Shown piece after piece: positions 43,913 to 57,761 of a DNA stretch of 64,000 nt. Each line of letters opens with the position of its first letter. Within the stretch, counting starts at the first letter, position 1. This DNA comes from Chrysomallon squamiferum (Eukaryota > Animalia > Mollusca). The position numbers and the translations under genes were made by a program. The stretch is taken from assembly GCA_012295275.1 (NCBI GenBank), contig CM022673.1, positions 5,828,001-5,892,000 of the forward strand, written 5' to 3'. The notes under the pieces were generated by a model that searched no databases, was not told the DNA's origin, and saw only the letters and a program-made list of their open reading frames with translations.

Positions 43913-46390
43913 CATATATATATACATATATTAATAAAACCCGAATGTATATTTAATTAGTAACTAAACATCAACCAGTTAAAATTAATTAAATTAACAT
44001 CAGTTACAACACAGAAAAACCAACATAAAGATTCAATTTAAAAAAAAAAAAAAAAAAAACTATTAACCTTATTTTTCTCACCTATATTAATAAACAAAAC
44101 CTGCACGTGTCTATTATCTTTGAAGAGAGAAAAAGAAAATGTTCACAAATTCCCCTTCGGGCTGAACGATACTGTACTTAAATGGACATTAATTTTCAGC
44201 CGTCCTTTGTCGCCAGAGCGTATAAACCTCTAAACGCCATTTAGCTAATCATGCGCTTCTGCATATCTAACCACCACGTCACACGGAACGTCGATGACGT
44301 CGGAGATAAAATCAACATCGGCAGCATGGTGAAAACATTAACCCACATTTTCGGCCTGTGTTTATGAAATATTAAGAAAATCTCGACATACGCTTGTCCA
44401 TACCCCATTCGTTTCTTCACACACGTTTTTTCTTTTTTTTTCTGCCGTGTGTAATTATTATTACGCTGCCCAGTCGTATATACAAACAATAAAAAAAACC
44501 TAACCACGTTACGCTTTTCTATAGAGCTGGTTTTAGTAGCTCCGTTACAAACGTGACCAGACCGTAACACAATGGCTGGCCTGCCACAAGTCTGGACTCA
44601 ATAGTCCATCAAGAATTGTAATTATAAGTGTTTCGATTACAGTGACATTGTGGCGAAGACGCACAAGCCCTATTATAAACGAAACACGTATTAAGTAGCT
44701 TCATAAAGATTTTAAGAAGATATTTTGTCTTCAACCCCTTTCGTCCAGATTTTTGAAAAATCAGCTGTCGATCAAACGGCGGAGGGTTTTTTTTTTTTTT
44801 TTTTTCTTTTTTTTTTTTTTTTCTTTATTATGAAGATTTTTGTTATTATTATTATTTTGCCGATCAAACAATAACTCTGGTCTGAGACCCTTGCCCTGAA
44901 GGCTATTTTTGGCTTTGTATAAAAAAAAATAAAAAAAAAAAAAAAAAAGGTTTTTTTGTATCAGTATCCGAAGGAAAGTTTTATTGTTGAAATGAAAAAA
45001 TGATTGATATTTAATTTTTGGGGGATTTTCAGATCCATTTTTGTGGATAATTGTTTCGTTAAAAAAAAAAAAAAAAAAAAAAAATTGGGATTTTAAAGAC
45101 TCTGAACCCAAAATCAAACAGTCGTTTTATCTTTCTGTTTTTTTTCATGTCATGAAAAGTGAAATTGGTTAACGTGTTCAGAAGATAGCGAATTGCCTCG
45201 GGTGTTTTTCACACGTGTTATCTGCGTAACAAACAGTGAGTGAGTGGTGTACAAATAAATTCAGTGTAATTGTAATCACAGTTAATGAGACACAAATGAG
45301 ATCGTGTTTGTAAATGATAGCTGGATTACAATGTAAGAATTTCAAATATTTCTTTTTAATTTTTTTTTTTTTTTTTTTAATTTCAAATTCACTGCTGATC
45401 CATAATTAAAGTGGATAAGAGTCGTCATTGTTTGAATATTAAAAAAATATATTAAAAAAATGCGCGTATGAAAATCCTAAACACAAAGATGTAGATACAT
45501 TTATATAAATACGTTTATCAGTTTGCAAGATTTAAATTATAAACACACATTCACATAAATTAAAAATACCATATTTATATAAACACATGCACATATACGT
45601 TCTTGATTTATATTTTCATAGACATTTCACTTCTTTTTTTAATTTATTTTTAATGTAAAAATATAAGTAAAAGAGATTTTGATTTTGAATAGAAACAGGT
45701 GAGGTAACAGTTGATGTAGTAAATACTAGTACGTATAAATATTACATTATTAGTAGTAATAGCAACAATAGTAATGCTAGTAGCAGTAGAGTAGTAATAG
45801 CAGTAGTAGTAGTAGAAGTGCTTGTAGTAGTAATAGTTATAATAATAATTAATAGTAATAGTAGCTGTAGGAGATGTAGTAATAGTAATAGTAGTAGTAG
45901 TATTAATAGTAGTAGTAGTAGTAGTAGTAGCAGTAGTTGTAGTAGTAGTAGTAGTAGTAGTAGTAGAACCTTAGCAGCAGCAACAGCAGCAGATTAATTT
46001 ATAAATAGTAACAGTAAACCGGATTAAGATGTGGACGTTAGGTGCTGCACCCCACAGACCTCCACAGATTAACTGAAAAGTTATTTGATTTTCTTTAAAC
46101 TTTTTTTTTTTTTTTTTTCCCCCTTTGAAAAAATCACAGTCTCTATAGTCCTGAGATCCACAAAATCTTAATTCTTCACTGGTAGAAATATTAATAATAG
46201 CAGTCGCAGTTGTAATAGTAGTAGTAATAGTGGGAGCTCTAATAACATTTGTTGTAGCAATTGCATAACTAATGAGAAACTGAACAGCCATATTTAAAAA
46301 AATTTAATTTAATTCAAAAAAAAAAATAAAAAAATCTATTTTTTTTATTATTTATTTATTTATTTATTTTTTGTATTTATTATAATAATA

Positions 46391-46449
<59 letters not shown>

Positions 46450-48916
46450 TTAATAATTACATCGCGTGAGTTCACGTGAACAAATTACCTTATTGTTATT
46501 TAACGCTGCTCGGGTATTAACTGTGTTTTTTTTTTTTTATGCCTAATACATTATAACAGAAACATGAACACAAGCACAGGACACCGATTAATTATTCAAT
46601 ATTCATTTAACACTTGGGAACGTTTAACAATTTTAGCCATTTTCTTCCGTAATTACGCGAAAAGATCCGCTGCATTAACTAAGAAAACATAACTCGCAGC
46701 GTGAACCAGTCAATTATCGGCGGAAACGCCCTCTTCGTCAATTTACCGATCACCAACTATCTGTTCCGCTCCGGAAATCTTTCGTTGTACAGGTCCGTGT
46801 ATGATGGGGTGAAAAATCAATTAATAACTGTCAGCTATCTGTTAACGCTCAGCTTGTGGGGCACTTTTAAGGTGTTACGAACATAATGTAATTACGAGGG
46901 TAATTTTAACAAATATATTTCGTTCGCTTTCGATCGTTTTATAAAGTTCAGTCTTAGGTTTATTTATATTACTGTTGCTACGTTCGTTATTACTGTAGCT
47001 ATTATTATTATTAATGATATGTCTATGTAATAATAAGATATTTAAATGATTTGCTTTATTATTATTTTTCTTCTTCTTCTTCTTATTATTATTAAATGCC
47101 ATTTGTTTATGAAAGAAAGGAAGGTACTTAATAAATGACGGTTGCTATAAACATTAAGAAAACTAGATGATATATATATAAGTATGTATATGATGCTACT
47201 ATTACCTATTTCCCTTCCTTTCTCCTGCTAATAATAATACAAATAAACGTAATTAACAAGCCACTAACGGTAATGTATATTATGAACCGAAACAAAATGA
47301 AGAACTATAAAATTAATCTTCAGATTTACCTTTACAGTACCCATGCCAAATTTTAACAACATACACACTTGCAAACACACACACTGTTTAAATAATAATC
47401 ATCACTCATTACGTTAATGATGTCAGTTGCTCAACTTTTCGTCGTACGACTGTGCTTATGCAGGTGTCTGTCGCTACAGCAGCAAATTTTCGCAGACAGC
47501 AATAACTTGGAACGATAAATTTCGTATCGCTAAATATAAACAAGAACAACAAAAAAAAAAGAGACTGTGTTAAAACATCGCAGGAGATTAAAGTGGAACG
47601 TTTTTGTGCGAAAAGCCCGGTAACGCTATTGTCGTCCTAATTTATCAGGAGATAATAATAAACAGAGTTATCGTTATTACGTTTTATGACGTCGCGGTCT
47701 CACACCACCTTTTTACATTTATTACTTTCATCCAATAGGAAAATAGTGCATGTCAGGTTTGGTGCTGTGTGTGCGTAGTTGTTAATATTGTCGCAGTCGT
47801 TGATGATAATGTCGAGAGAGAAGAAAGGAAAGCGAGGGATGTTTGTTTTAGGCGACTTTATTGTTAAAAGTCAACACATTAAATTGTACGTTAGTGACTT
47901 TCATGTGAATGTTATCACTTTCAATATGGTCTCACCTGGCATTTTTTTTCGAACAAAGACAATGAAATTCAGAGTAATATATACAAAGATATAAATATGA
48001 TTTACAAATTTCTTCTTTTTTTCCCCTTATGTTTTGTAGAAATATTATAATTTAAAATTATACTATAGTTCAACAAACTTTACTTCTCAGAGATAATTGA
48101 ACAAATTAATATCACACCTTGATTTTGTACATATTTTAATTTGTATATAAAAAAGTTAGTGGTTTTTTTCTTGTTTTTTTTTTACCTGTCTATAAATTTA
48201 TTATAATTTTTTTATATTGTATTATTATATTTTATTATTTTACCAGTCTTTATAATCATTCGAAACTATAACTAAATCTCTATTAAGAAGCATACGTTTC
48301 ATATTAACGGACAAAAATAACCTAGTTCGAAAATAAACTGGTTACATCCGATTTATAATTAATTCTTCTTCTTCTTCTTCTTCTTCTTCTTCCCTTTTTC
48401 ACTTCTGCAGTTAAACGTTACCAAGCACAGGTCGATCTCTTAACAGAAATCTGCAGCCTAAACGTGAGGGTAAAAACAGAAATCTTGAAAAGACAGCTAG
48501 CTAAAATTTGAGTCCAACTCATCGATATGTAACGGTCTAAAGTGCGGGAAAATTTGCCTCTGCAAGCATCTGCTGCAGTTTGTCTTGGCACAAATCAATG
48601 GCACAAGAAGCAAGTTTCCAAGAAAGCGAGACATTCGCAATGAACGCAGGAGAATGCGTCAACGATTACCTCAAACTACAGTGACTCGCGGCGTCTGAAG
48701 ATCCGAGACTCGTAAAGTGATTAAAAATTAAAAAGAAAGAAAGAAAGAAAGAAAAGAAAGAAAGAGAAGAAGAAATATATAATTAAAACAGGGGAAGAGA
48801 TAATGAAGAAAGGAAGAATGATAAAAGGAAAGATAGAAGTAGAAAAAGAAAAACGGGGAAAAAATGAAAAGAATGAGAAGAATGTTGAAAAAAGAAGAAA
48901 CAAATAGTAGAAAGAA

Positions 48917-48977
<61 letters not shown>

Positions 48978-49230
48978 GAAAAATAAATAAATAGATACAG
49001 ACAGATAGATAGATAGAGACAGACAAGACACACAGACAGATCAAAAAAATATTCTATAATTTTGTATGTCAAAACCAATGTTGATTAATTTGAAAAATAT
49101 CTCAAGTAAAACGCTGAAATGAAAGGAAAGAAGCGAATTTCTCTCACCTGTATAACATGTACCTCTTACTTAAAGTGATAAAGATTTTATTGCGATATTT
49201 GTTTAAGAAACAAAACAAAACAGTACAATA

Positions 49231-49273
<43 letters not shown>

Positions 49274-49524
49274 ACAAAAAAAAAAAAAAAAAAAAAAAAA
49301 TACTTTCATATAATATATTTATATAATAAATAACTTAATTAATTTACTTAATTTGTTATTTATAATGTCGAAATAAATAATAAAATTTATTAACAAAAAG
49401 CCCCAAAATATAAAATGTTTAGTTTTTTTAAATTTATACATATAAATTCCATGACCATGGAAAAGAAAAATAAGTATGATAAGCTTAAACAAAAGGTACA
49501 TTACTCACTTTTTAATAATAATCA

Positions 49525-49556
<32 letters not shown>

Positions 49557-50294
49557 AGAAGAAGAAGAAGAATGATAATGATGATGATGATGATGAAAAA
49601 TATAATATAACGAAATGATGAAATTATGAAATGATTTGTATGTCATCATGACAGATATATATAATTCATATAAATAACCTCTATTTAACGTTTAGATTAT
49701 TTTCTAGTTACAGTGCCACGTCAAACGAAGCATAAGAGACAAATGTATTTTATTATAGAGAAACAACAAGAAGACTACATATTTACTTAAAGCGATCAAT
49801 ATATTATTGATTGTTCAGAAAATACAGATATCCTTCTTATTTATTTCATTAGTTATTTATAACGGTATTTATATACATGTGTGTGTTTGTGTGTGTGTGT
49901 GTGTGGTACAGTCCTTTAAGTGCTTATCGGTTTACAAAGGCTGAATGTGTATAATAGCCACACACACACATGTAATCTAGGCATTGTTGTGTTTATATAG
50001 CTATATATGTATGAATACATACATACATACATATACACACACATACACATACATACATACATGCATTTAGATATATTATTTTTATAACATAATTTAATCC
50101 TATTTAATCTAATTTAAATTTAAAAAATTACAAAATGTTCTTTATGTATATTGTTTTATTTTCTTGTTCATTCCTATAAATAATAACCCTGCACAGTCTA
50201 TATAAGAATAAAAACTGCAAGTTTTAGTTCAAATATTTGTGTATTTAACACCACAACAGAATTTTCCATTTCTTCAAATAAATGAAATAAACTG

Positions 50295-50430
50295 TTTATT
50301 CTTGAACCTTCGACAGTTAGATTGATACAGACTGTTATATGTAATATACAAACAATATTTACACCTCTTTATATACAGAATATTGCACAGCAATGAACGG
50401 AATGTATTTTAATAAATAAACAAATAAATA

Positions 50431-50479
<49 letters not shown>

Positions 50480-50752
50480 TCATTAATTAATAAGAATTAA
50501 ATAAATTTGATGTTTAGAAAAACAATACTACTTTGAATGTTTTCAAATATTTAAATATTTATGTTAAAAAAACAAAAAACAAATAAAGAATGAGTTGCAA
50601 AATTAAAATTAAAAATGTACATAGAAGAATGAGATTCAAACGAATAAAGGTAAATAATGATTGCATAGATAAATAAAAACGAAAGAAGCAAACAAAAGTA
50701 AAAAGAGAATTAACGCAGTAAAAATTATATACAAAAAAAAAGAAATACACGT

Positions 50753-50841
<89 letters not shown>

Positions 50842-50900
50842 TAGAGAGAGGCATCAGAATAAATTAACTGAATGATGAAATGTTTCTTAGAACAAAAAAA

Positions 50901-50931
<31 letters not shown>

Positions 50932-51078
50932 AAATAAATAATAATTTTAAAATTCCACAACCGTAAACTTTCGCCCTATATTATAACACACTATTCATAC
51001 ACAACATTATATACACTTGTATTGTACATATTTTACACATCTACATATGATATTAAATATGCCGTAGAAGTCACATTA
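50295..51078 (-). other. Putative Ptf1a 3' UTR ending near a poly(A) signal
   Basis: Minus-strand AATAAA at 50300-50295 (alternative at 50160-50155). The region contains AUUUA arrays, a U tract and a (CU)n tract. The end point is inferred only. Confidence 0.4.
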
Positions 51079-51281
51079 TTAAATATCTGTCTGAGTAGAA
51101 TCCAAAATATCAGAACAGTCGTCCTCTGTTCTTAGTTTGTGTTTTCTCGGATCTTCTGGGGTCCAGATCTTCGCGATCATTGTGTTGTTGGGTCCCAAAT
51201 GCGGCTTTTTCTCGTCTCTCCACGACAAAGAATGACCAGAGAGGGGAGGGTATCCGTACTTTCCCATGTCGTCAGCCAAAC
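51079..51281 (-). CDS. Ptf1a: Ptf1a/Fer1 coding exon 2 (C-terminal RBPJ-interaction region)
   Basis: The acceptor ttaatacAG|GT (AG at 51283-51282) is phase-compatible with exon 1 (G|GT = Gly). The exon encodes [66 protein letters not shown], with C1 (HSLSW, 51220-51234) and C2 (IWTPEDPR, 51145-51168) motifs diagnostic of Ptf1a. Spliced CDS is 630 nt, 209 aa. Confidence 0.93.
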
Positions 51282-51385
51282 CTGTATTAATTATAAAAAT
51301 AATAATTATAAATGATGATGATGATGATGATGATGATAACGTAATGAAAACCACACCGATAGTAATAAGGCTGCAACAGCTGAAC

Positions 51386-51419
<34 letters not shown>

Positions 51420-52170
51420 TATTTTGAAATACCTCTTCCATTACATAAAAATAATAATACTATAGGACGGCACATGTCATAGTAATAACTTAAAATAATA
51501 ATAATAATAATAATAATAGAAGAAGAAGAAGAAGAAGAAGAAGAAGAAGAAGAAGAAGAACAACAACAACAACAACAACAACAACGATTGCAACAACAAT
51601 AATAATGACAACGACGACGACAAAGCCAAATTTTGTTATGTGTAAAAGTAAACAATTAAAATGCTGGCTGAAAAAATTTACTGTCTTAATGTAGTATCGA
51701 ATTTTAATCGGACACTCTCGCCTTTTGAATTTCTTGTTTATTTCTTGTTATAATATCCAGTATGTTTCTCTTGTCAACAAACCACTCTATAAACAAACGT
51801 GCAAAATGCAATTCTACGGCTGCACCATAATAAACAAACATACACACACACGGTTTGTTACTTCTCAATAAAGCCTTTGTGATATATTATTAATTCAAAA
51901 CTTATCGATGCATATTTTGTAACGCGAAATTTACGTTTTCAAACTGCATTTGCTTTGTATGGAGGGTTGTGCTGGATTGTTAAAAAGCGTAGGACTGAAA
52001 AATGATAGTTGAGAGTTTGAAAACAAGTTTGTGAAACTGTAAAGTAACTTTCTGACATTTCTGTGTGAGTTCGTGATTATCAACAGATACACGTTGACAG
52101 TTTGTATACAGGTGAAATGCGGTTAATGTAAGTGGGGAAAAATTTATAATAATAATAATAATAATAATAA

Positions 52171-52217
<47 letters not shown>

Positions 52218-54196
52218 CAACAACAATAATAACATATTAATTTCTTCTTTTCTTTCTTCTTCTTTTTCTTCTTCTTCTTCTTCTTATTATTATTATTATA
52301 TTATTATTGTGATTATTATTATTATTATTATTATTATTATTTTATACAATCATTTACCGGACTATGTGGAGTTTTGTTGTCGTCGTTGTTGTTGTTAAAA
52401 TTTATTACCAAACAAGAAAAGAAAAGATACAAAAATATGTTTACTGCTGAAAGGATATTTTAGCAGTCAATTCAAAACATGTTCACTTCGACCGTATACA
52501 TTTTTATTCCAGCAACAGTTACTACTTTATTATTTCCGATTAGCAAGTTTGGAGCTTACTAACCACAGAAATAAATATTTTAGTTGCAATAAATAATAGC
52601 TTTCAAACACATCTGAATTTTGAATTTTTATTTGGGTAATTAAAGAACTTTAGATTAATTAAAGATGAACTTTTTATTAATAATAAATATTGATATTTCG
52701 AATATATAATTAATTTATTGAGATATGAAATACAAATGGCAAAAAGTTTATATTAAGTAATATACACATACACATATAAATATATACATATATATATACA
52801 TTTCTATGACAGAGAAATAATTTTATTTCAAACTATTACTGTAGATGATTCTAATAAATTATTTATATAAACAACAAATAAAATGTAAGAACAGATTGCA
52901 CATTTGCATAGACCATTATAACATTTAAAAAAATAAGCATGAAAGTTACTGTTACATTTTAATTTATAATAAATAAATGTCGATAATTTTGAAGAAAATT
53001 CAAAAATCATTTCTTCTTTAGAAACACATAAATGTACGAAATGAAAAATATAATCTGTATTAATCCACAATAAACTATCTATATCATTAAAATGTTTAAT
53101 TTAATATAAATAATTTAATATTTAATAGATAATAGATAATCGTAATCATGAAATTAAATATTTAGACACAAACGATTTATAACATAGATTATATATACAC
53201 ACACACACATACATATATACATACATATATATATATTATAATATCTGACATGGATGTTAAATGTATTAAGTGTATCTATTATACATAAAGCTTGTAATAT
53301 ACCAAATGTTATTAATTTAATTTAAAAAATCAAAGATTAAACTTTACGCAACCGACAAAAAAAAAATTATTGATATCAGTGCAGATTCTATAAAATAAAA
53401 TTTATAATACATAATTTAAAAATAAGAATGTTTACTTAAATTCCTAACAGTTAAATTTTAAAACGCTGTATTTTATATTTTTGTTACTTTAAGAATCTTT
53501 ATTCGTTTATAAAGTTGCTGTAATTTCATTAATAAATAAATTAATTAACAAAGAAAGAAACATAAGGCATAATAATCCATGTTACTGATAACAGAAAAAT
53601 AAATATGATCTTGGATGATGATACAAATAGTATTTGAATGCGTGTAATAAAATCTAATAACTTTTCTAGTTAATTATAACATATTTGAATCTGTGTATAT
53701 AGTAAGTTTATAATGACTTATCTCTATAATACTGAGTAATAACTTATATTATTAAAATAAAATAACTAACCAATATGGTAATTAATAATAACTCTTATTA
53801 TTAATATTAGTAAACCTTATTATTATTTATTTTCAAAAAAATATTATTTATTTCCAATTAATATTAATATATAAATATAAATATAAATAAATATAAAGCA
53901 ACGCACATCTGGAATAATAAATATTAACATTTCTTTTTTAGTTAATATATTATATCTATATATAATAATTATTTCTTTTAAAAGAAATCTCACCTCTGTG
54001 ACTTTCAAAATTAATATCAGCATACCTTAGTACACAATAAACATAAAACAACTTATCTCTATGATAATGAATAATAATTTGATATCTATATAAAATAAAT
54101 ATATATATTTTTCAAAGAAACTTACCTCTGTGATAATGAATAAAATAATTCGATATCTATATAAAATAAATATATATATTTTTCAAAGAAACTTAC
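51282..54196 (-). other. Ptf1a intron (GT-AG, phase 1, 2915 nt)
   Basis: Canonical donor and acceptor join the two exons in frame. The intron is very AT-rich with (AAT)n, (AAG)n and (AAC)n repeats. Confidence 0.88.
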
Positions 54197-54212
54197 CTCT
54201 ATGATAATGAAT
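53950..54212. repeat. ~70 bp tandem repeat duplicating the Ptf1a exon 1/intron junction
   Basis: The unit acttacctctRtgataatgaat...gatatctatataaaataaatatatatatttttcaaagaa starts at 54051, 54120 and 54191 (periods 69 and 71). A degenerate copy lies near 53950-54001. Confidence 0.9.
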
Positions 54213-54623
54213 GATGACTTTTCTCGGCTGTTCTCCTGGCTGGTTATTCACATTCTCTTTCGTCTGGGTGTCATTTTGAACCAGCTCTGACAGAAAACTG
54301 ATGTAGCCTATAGCCAGTCTCAGAGTGTCTACTTTTGACAGTCTTTTCTCATATGGCAGTGTCGGGATGTGAGCCCGGAGCCCCTCGAACGCGTCGTTGA
54401 TGGACTGCATGCGTCTCCTCTCTCTCAGATTGGCCGCCTGTCTCTGGACCACTTGCTGTTGGACGCATTTTCGTTTTCGTTTTTTCACTTTGCCGACATT
54501 TTCTTGGTCGGAATTGGGAGAGGAGAATTCCGTGTTGCTGTCGTAAGAAGCCTCTGAATTTGACAACTGGTACGATCCAAAGTCAAAGCCGGACAGAATT
54601 TGCTGATGAATAAAGCCGTTCAT
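54197..54623 (-). CDS. Ptf1a: Ptf1a/Fer1 (pancreas transcription factor 1a, 48-related-1) bHLH factor, coding exon 1 (aa 1-142 plus first base of Gly143)
   Basis: ORF 54183..54623 encodes [56 protein letters not shown], the Ptf1a-type bHLH. It is preceded by a basic KKRKRK patch and followed by KVIIHYHRG (vertebrate KVIICHRG). It ends at donor AGAG|GTAAGT (GT at 54196-54195). Exon length 427 nt gives a phase 1 intron. The ATG has an aaaATG context, but an additional upstream exon cannot be excluded. Confidence 0.95.
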
Positions 54624-54637
54624 TTTGTATAAACAGC

Positions 54638-54681
<44 letters not shown>

Positions 54682-54859
54682 AGTCGAAGAAAAAGAAATT
54701 TGTCAAGATTTCTTCACTGACAAACAACCAAAAAAAATAATTATTTTTTTCTTTTTTTTTTTCTTTTTTGGTTTTTGTTATTAAAAATGTTTAGTTTAAA
54801 TTACATAGATATATTTTTAAATTAATTTTAAAAAATATTTATGCATCCTCCATTTCGTA

Positions 54860-55100
54860 TTTATCCCTTTCTCTAACTCTTCCGAAAACAAGGCCTATCA
54901 CGGAAATACCGCACCATCCATCTCCTATAATTTATGACGGAAACACCACGCATGACGTTCCAAGAGTGTAAATATGCAACTCTCGTGCCAATCAGCAAAC
55001 CAGCCAATGAAAACCGTCGGTGTGGATTAGCTAGCGACACGTGCATCGGTACTACACACCCCGGTTAAATAAAGATCCCGTTATACGACAAGCTGATTTG
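54860..55100 (-). promoter_or_regulatory. Putative Ptf1a proximal promoter
   Basis: A GC-richer block 250-480 nt upstream of the ATG has two CCAAT boxes (54988-54992, 55004-55008), a CACGTG E-box (55038-55043), a TGACG half-CRE and a weak TATA-like CATAAATTATA near 54925-54936 on the minus strand. The TSS is not determined. Confidence 0.5.
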
Positions 55101-55279
55101 AATTGGAAACCGATAAAAACTGGTCTTAGGCACGATGCACGATGGAAATTAAAAGATTTCTCGAGTTAAAGATCCTTCGTTAATTTTTTTTTATAACCCT
55201 ATTACGTTGTTGTTGATTTTTAAGTACGAGAAGAGACACTTGATGGGTAAAATGGAATATTTTTTAAAAAATGTTTTAA

Positions 55280-55310
<31 letters not shown>

Positions 55311-55579
55311 ATGGATATAAAAGAAACCGTTATAATTTATGTTTTACCACGAGTGTTTACCACTTATGTTATTTTAAAAAATATTTTTGTTATGTTCTCT
55401 TCAAATGCATATTTTAGCACGTAATTTTCAATGAGCCTTTTCATTATTCAAGAATTTTTAGTTACTTTATAAATAAATAAATAAATAATATTTATTTATT
55501 TATTTATTTATTTATATAAAAATTAAAATCCTTCATTTTAAATAGACGTTGAGTTGGATAAACTTATAAAAGGTTTATA

Positions 55580-55633
<54 letters not shown>

Positions 55634-55669
55634 TATTATCATTATCATTATTCACTATCACAATTATTA

Positions 55670-55740
<71 letters not shown>

Positions 55741-56614
55741 GTTATCATGAAAATTAAATTATAGAAGACATATGTATACTATAGTGCAGTATTGTATTAT
55801 ACAGAATGCCAAAAGATAACCAAGATGAAAATCTAGCACACCTCTATTTTATTTTATTTTATTTTATTTTGTTTTATTTTATTTTATTTTGTTTTATTTT
55901 GTTTTATTTTGTTTTGTTTTATTTTATTTTATTTTGTCGCCCGATTTCTTTTACAAAAACGTATTTAGTTAGGTTAATATATTCATGGCCCGCATTTTTG
56001 AAACCCTCGTTTAATATGATATAAAAAATAAAAAATAATATAACTTGATACATAATACAGGAGATGTGATATATGAAATATTATATAAAATTATATGATA
56101 TATAAAATATAAAATAATATGAAATGATACAAAATAATTATAGGCGATACAATATGATATGCCATATAAAAAATAAAATGATATGACATGATATACAGTA
56201 TATATTTAAAAAATGTATATGATATATGATTATATGAAATGATATAATTATGACGTCATATACAAAATATCAACGGAAATGATACGTAATGTATTTGATA
56301 ATAATATCCGACTGTCTTTTGTTCTTCGTAATATTTCTATTTTATTTTATTTTGTTTTTTCTGTTCAAAACTGTATATTATATATTTTTATTCACTTCAT
56401 TGTTTTTATATAACAATATTTATTTTTAATATTATATTCTCTATCATCAAAATATTGCTGTTGATCATTACCATTACTACTACTACTACTACTATTACTA
56501 CTATTCCTACTACTACCACTACTATCATTATTATTATTATTACTATCACCATTATCGAAATACTGTTAATCATCATCACCATTATTAATATTAATATTTA
56601 TATCATTATAATTA

Positions 56615-56669
<55 letters not shown>

Positions 56670-56689
56670 TTTCATAAGGGCAGACGGCT

Positions 56690-57141
56690 ACACATAATAT
56701 CATCACACTGTTCCAGACACACGACACACTCCACCCTGCACCACCCCGCCGATATGATGAAAGCCGAGACACGTCGACGCTGGCTTGTAAAGATAATTAT
56801 ATGCATAACCGTGTAAATATTTTGATCAGTTCAATTAATGCTTTCCTCGTTATTCACAAGAAGGAAATATTACATTTAGAGAGCAAATTGTTCCGAAGCA
56901 GACGAATCGATTTTTTATATGGGAAACTTGCGCGCACTTAACATGTGTTAGTGGCGCGAGGGAGGTGATCACGTGACGTCAAGTCCAAAATCGACGCATA
57001 TTGAGTTTTTTTGGGAAAGAAATACAAAAAAAAAAAAAGGAGTTTCGGCGTTTGTCAAATGACGCGTTTAATGATTTTTATATTTAATTAGATATTGGTT
57101 TTCTTTTCTTTCTTTTTTGTAATGTATGAATATTAATGTAA

Positions 57142-57181
<40 letters not shown>

Positions 57182-57352
57182 TGATGATAATGATGATCGC
57201 AGAACGAAAAACACTGAAATATAGATTTATTTACCTTTATACACATATATGTGTGTGTGTGTGTGTGTGTGGAAATAAAATAATCCAGATAAAGGGGAAA
57301 AAAATGTTTTAAAATAAATATAAATTGTATCCTATTTCTTCTCCAGCATTTA

Positions 57353-57392
<40 letters not shown>

Positions 57393-57727
57393 TTAATAAC
57401 AACAGTAGATGTATTTGAGACAGTAGTAATAGTAGAAGACGTATAATAATAATAATAATAATAATAACAGTTGCTGTAGTAGTAGTTGTTTTTGTTGTTG
57501 AGGTAGTGTTAGTGCTGCCATTTTCTCCACCATTACGTTAGTGTATTTCTGAAACAACGATAAAATAATCCCATCAACCTGGTCAGTCGATGCACGTGCA
57601 TTTCGCCTCACTTGATCTCTGCAATCATCCAAACTGCATGCTCTGGAAGCTTTCCCATTGTTTATCGTAACGAAATTTCTGTGTTTTTTAAAATGAATTA
57701 TCTTTTCTCACAAACAATTTTGCGACA

Positions 57728-57761
<34 letters not shown>

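Noticed and set aside
51282-51441. N-terminal part of ORF 51079..51441 ([12 protein letters not shown]...)
   Set aside because: This is intronic microsatellite upstream of the acceptor at 51282. Only 51281-51079 is coding.
54369-54557. Plus-strand 62-aa ORF
   Set aside because: It is the antisense shadow of the Ptf1a bHLH exon.
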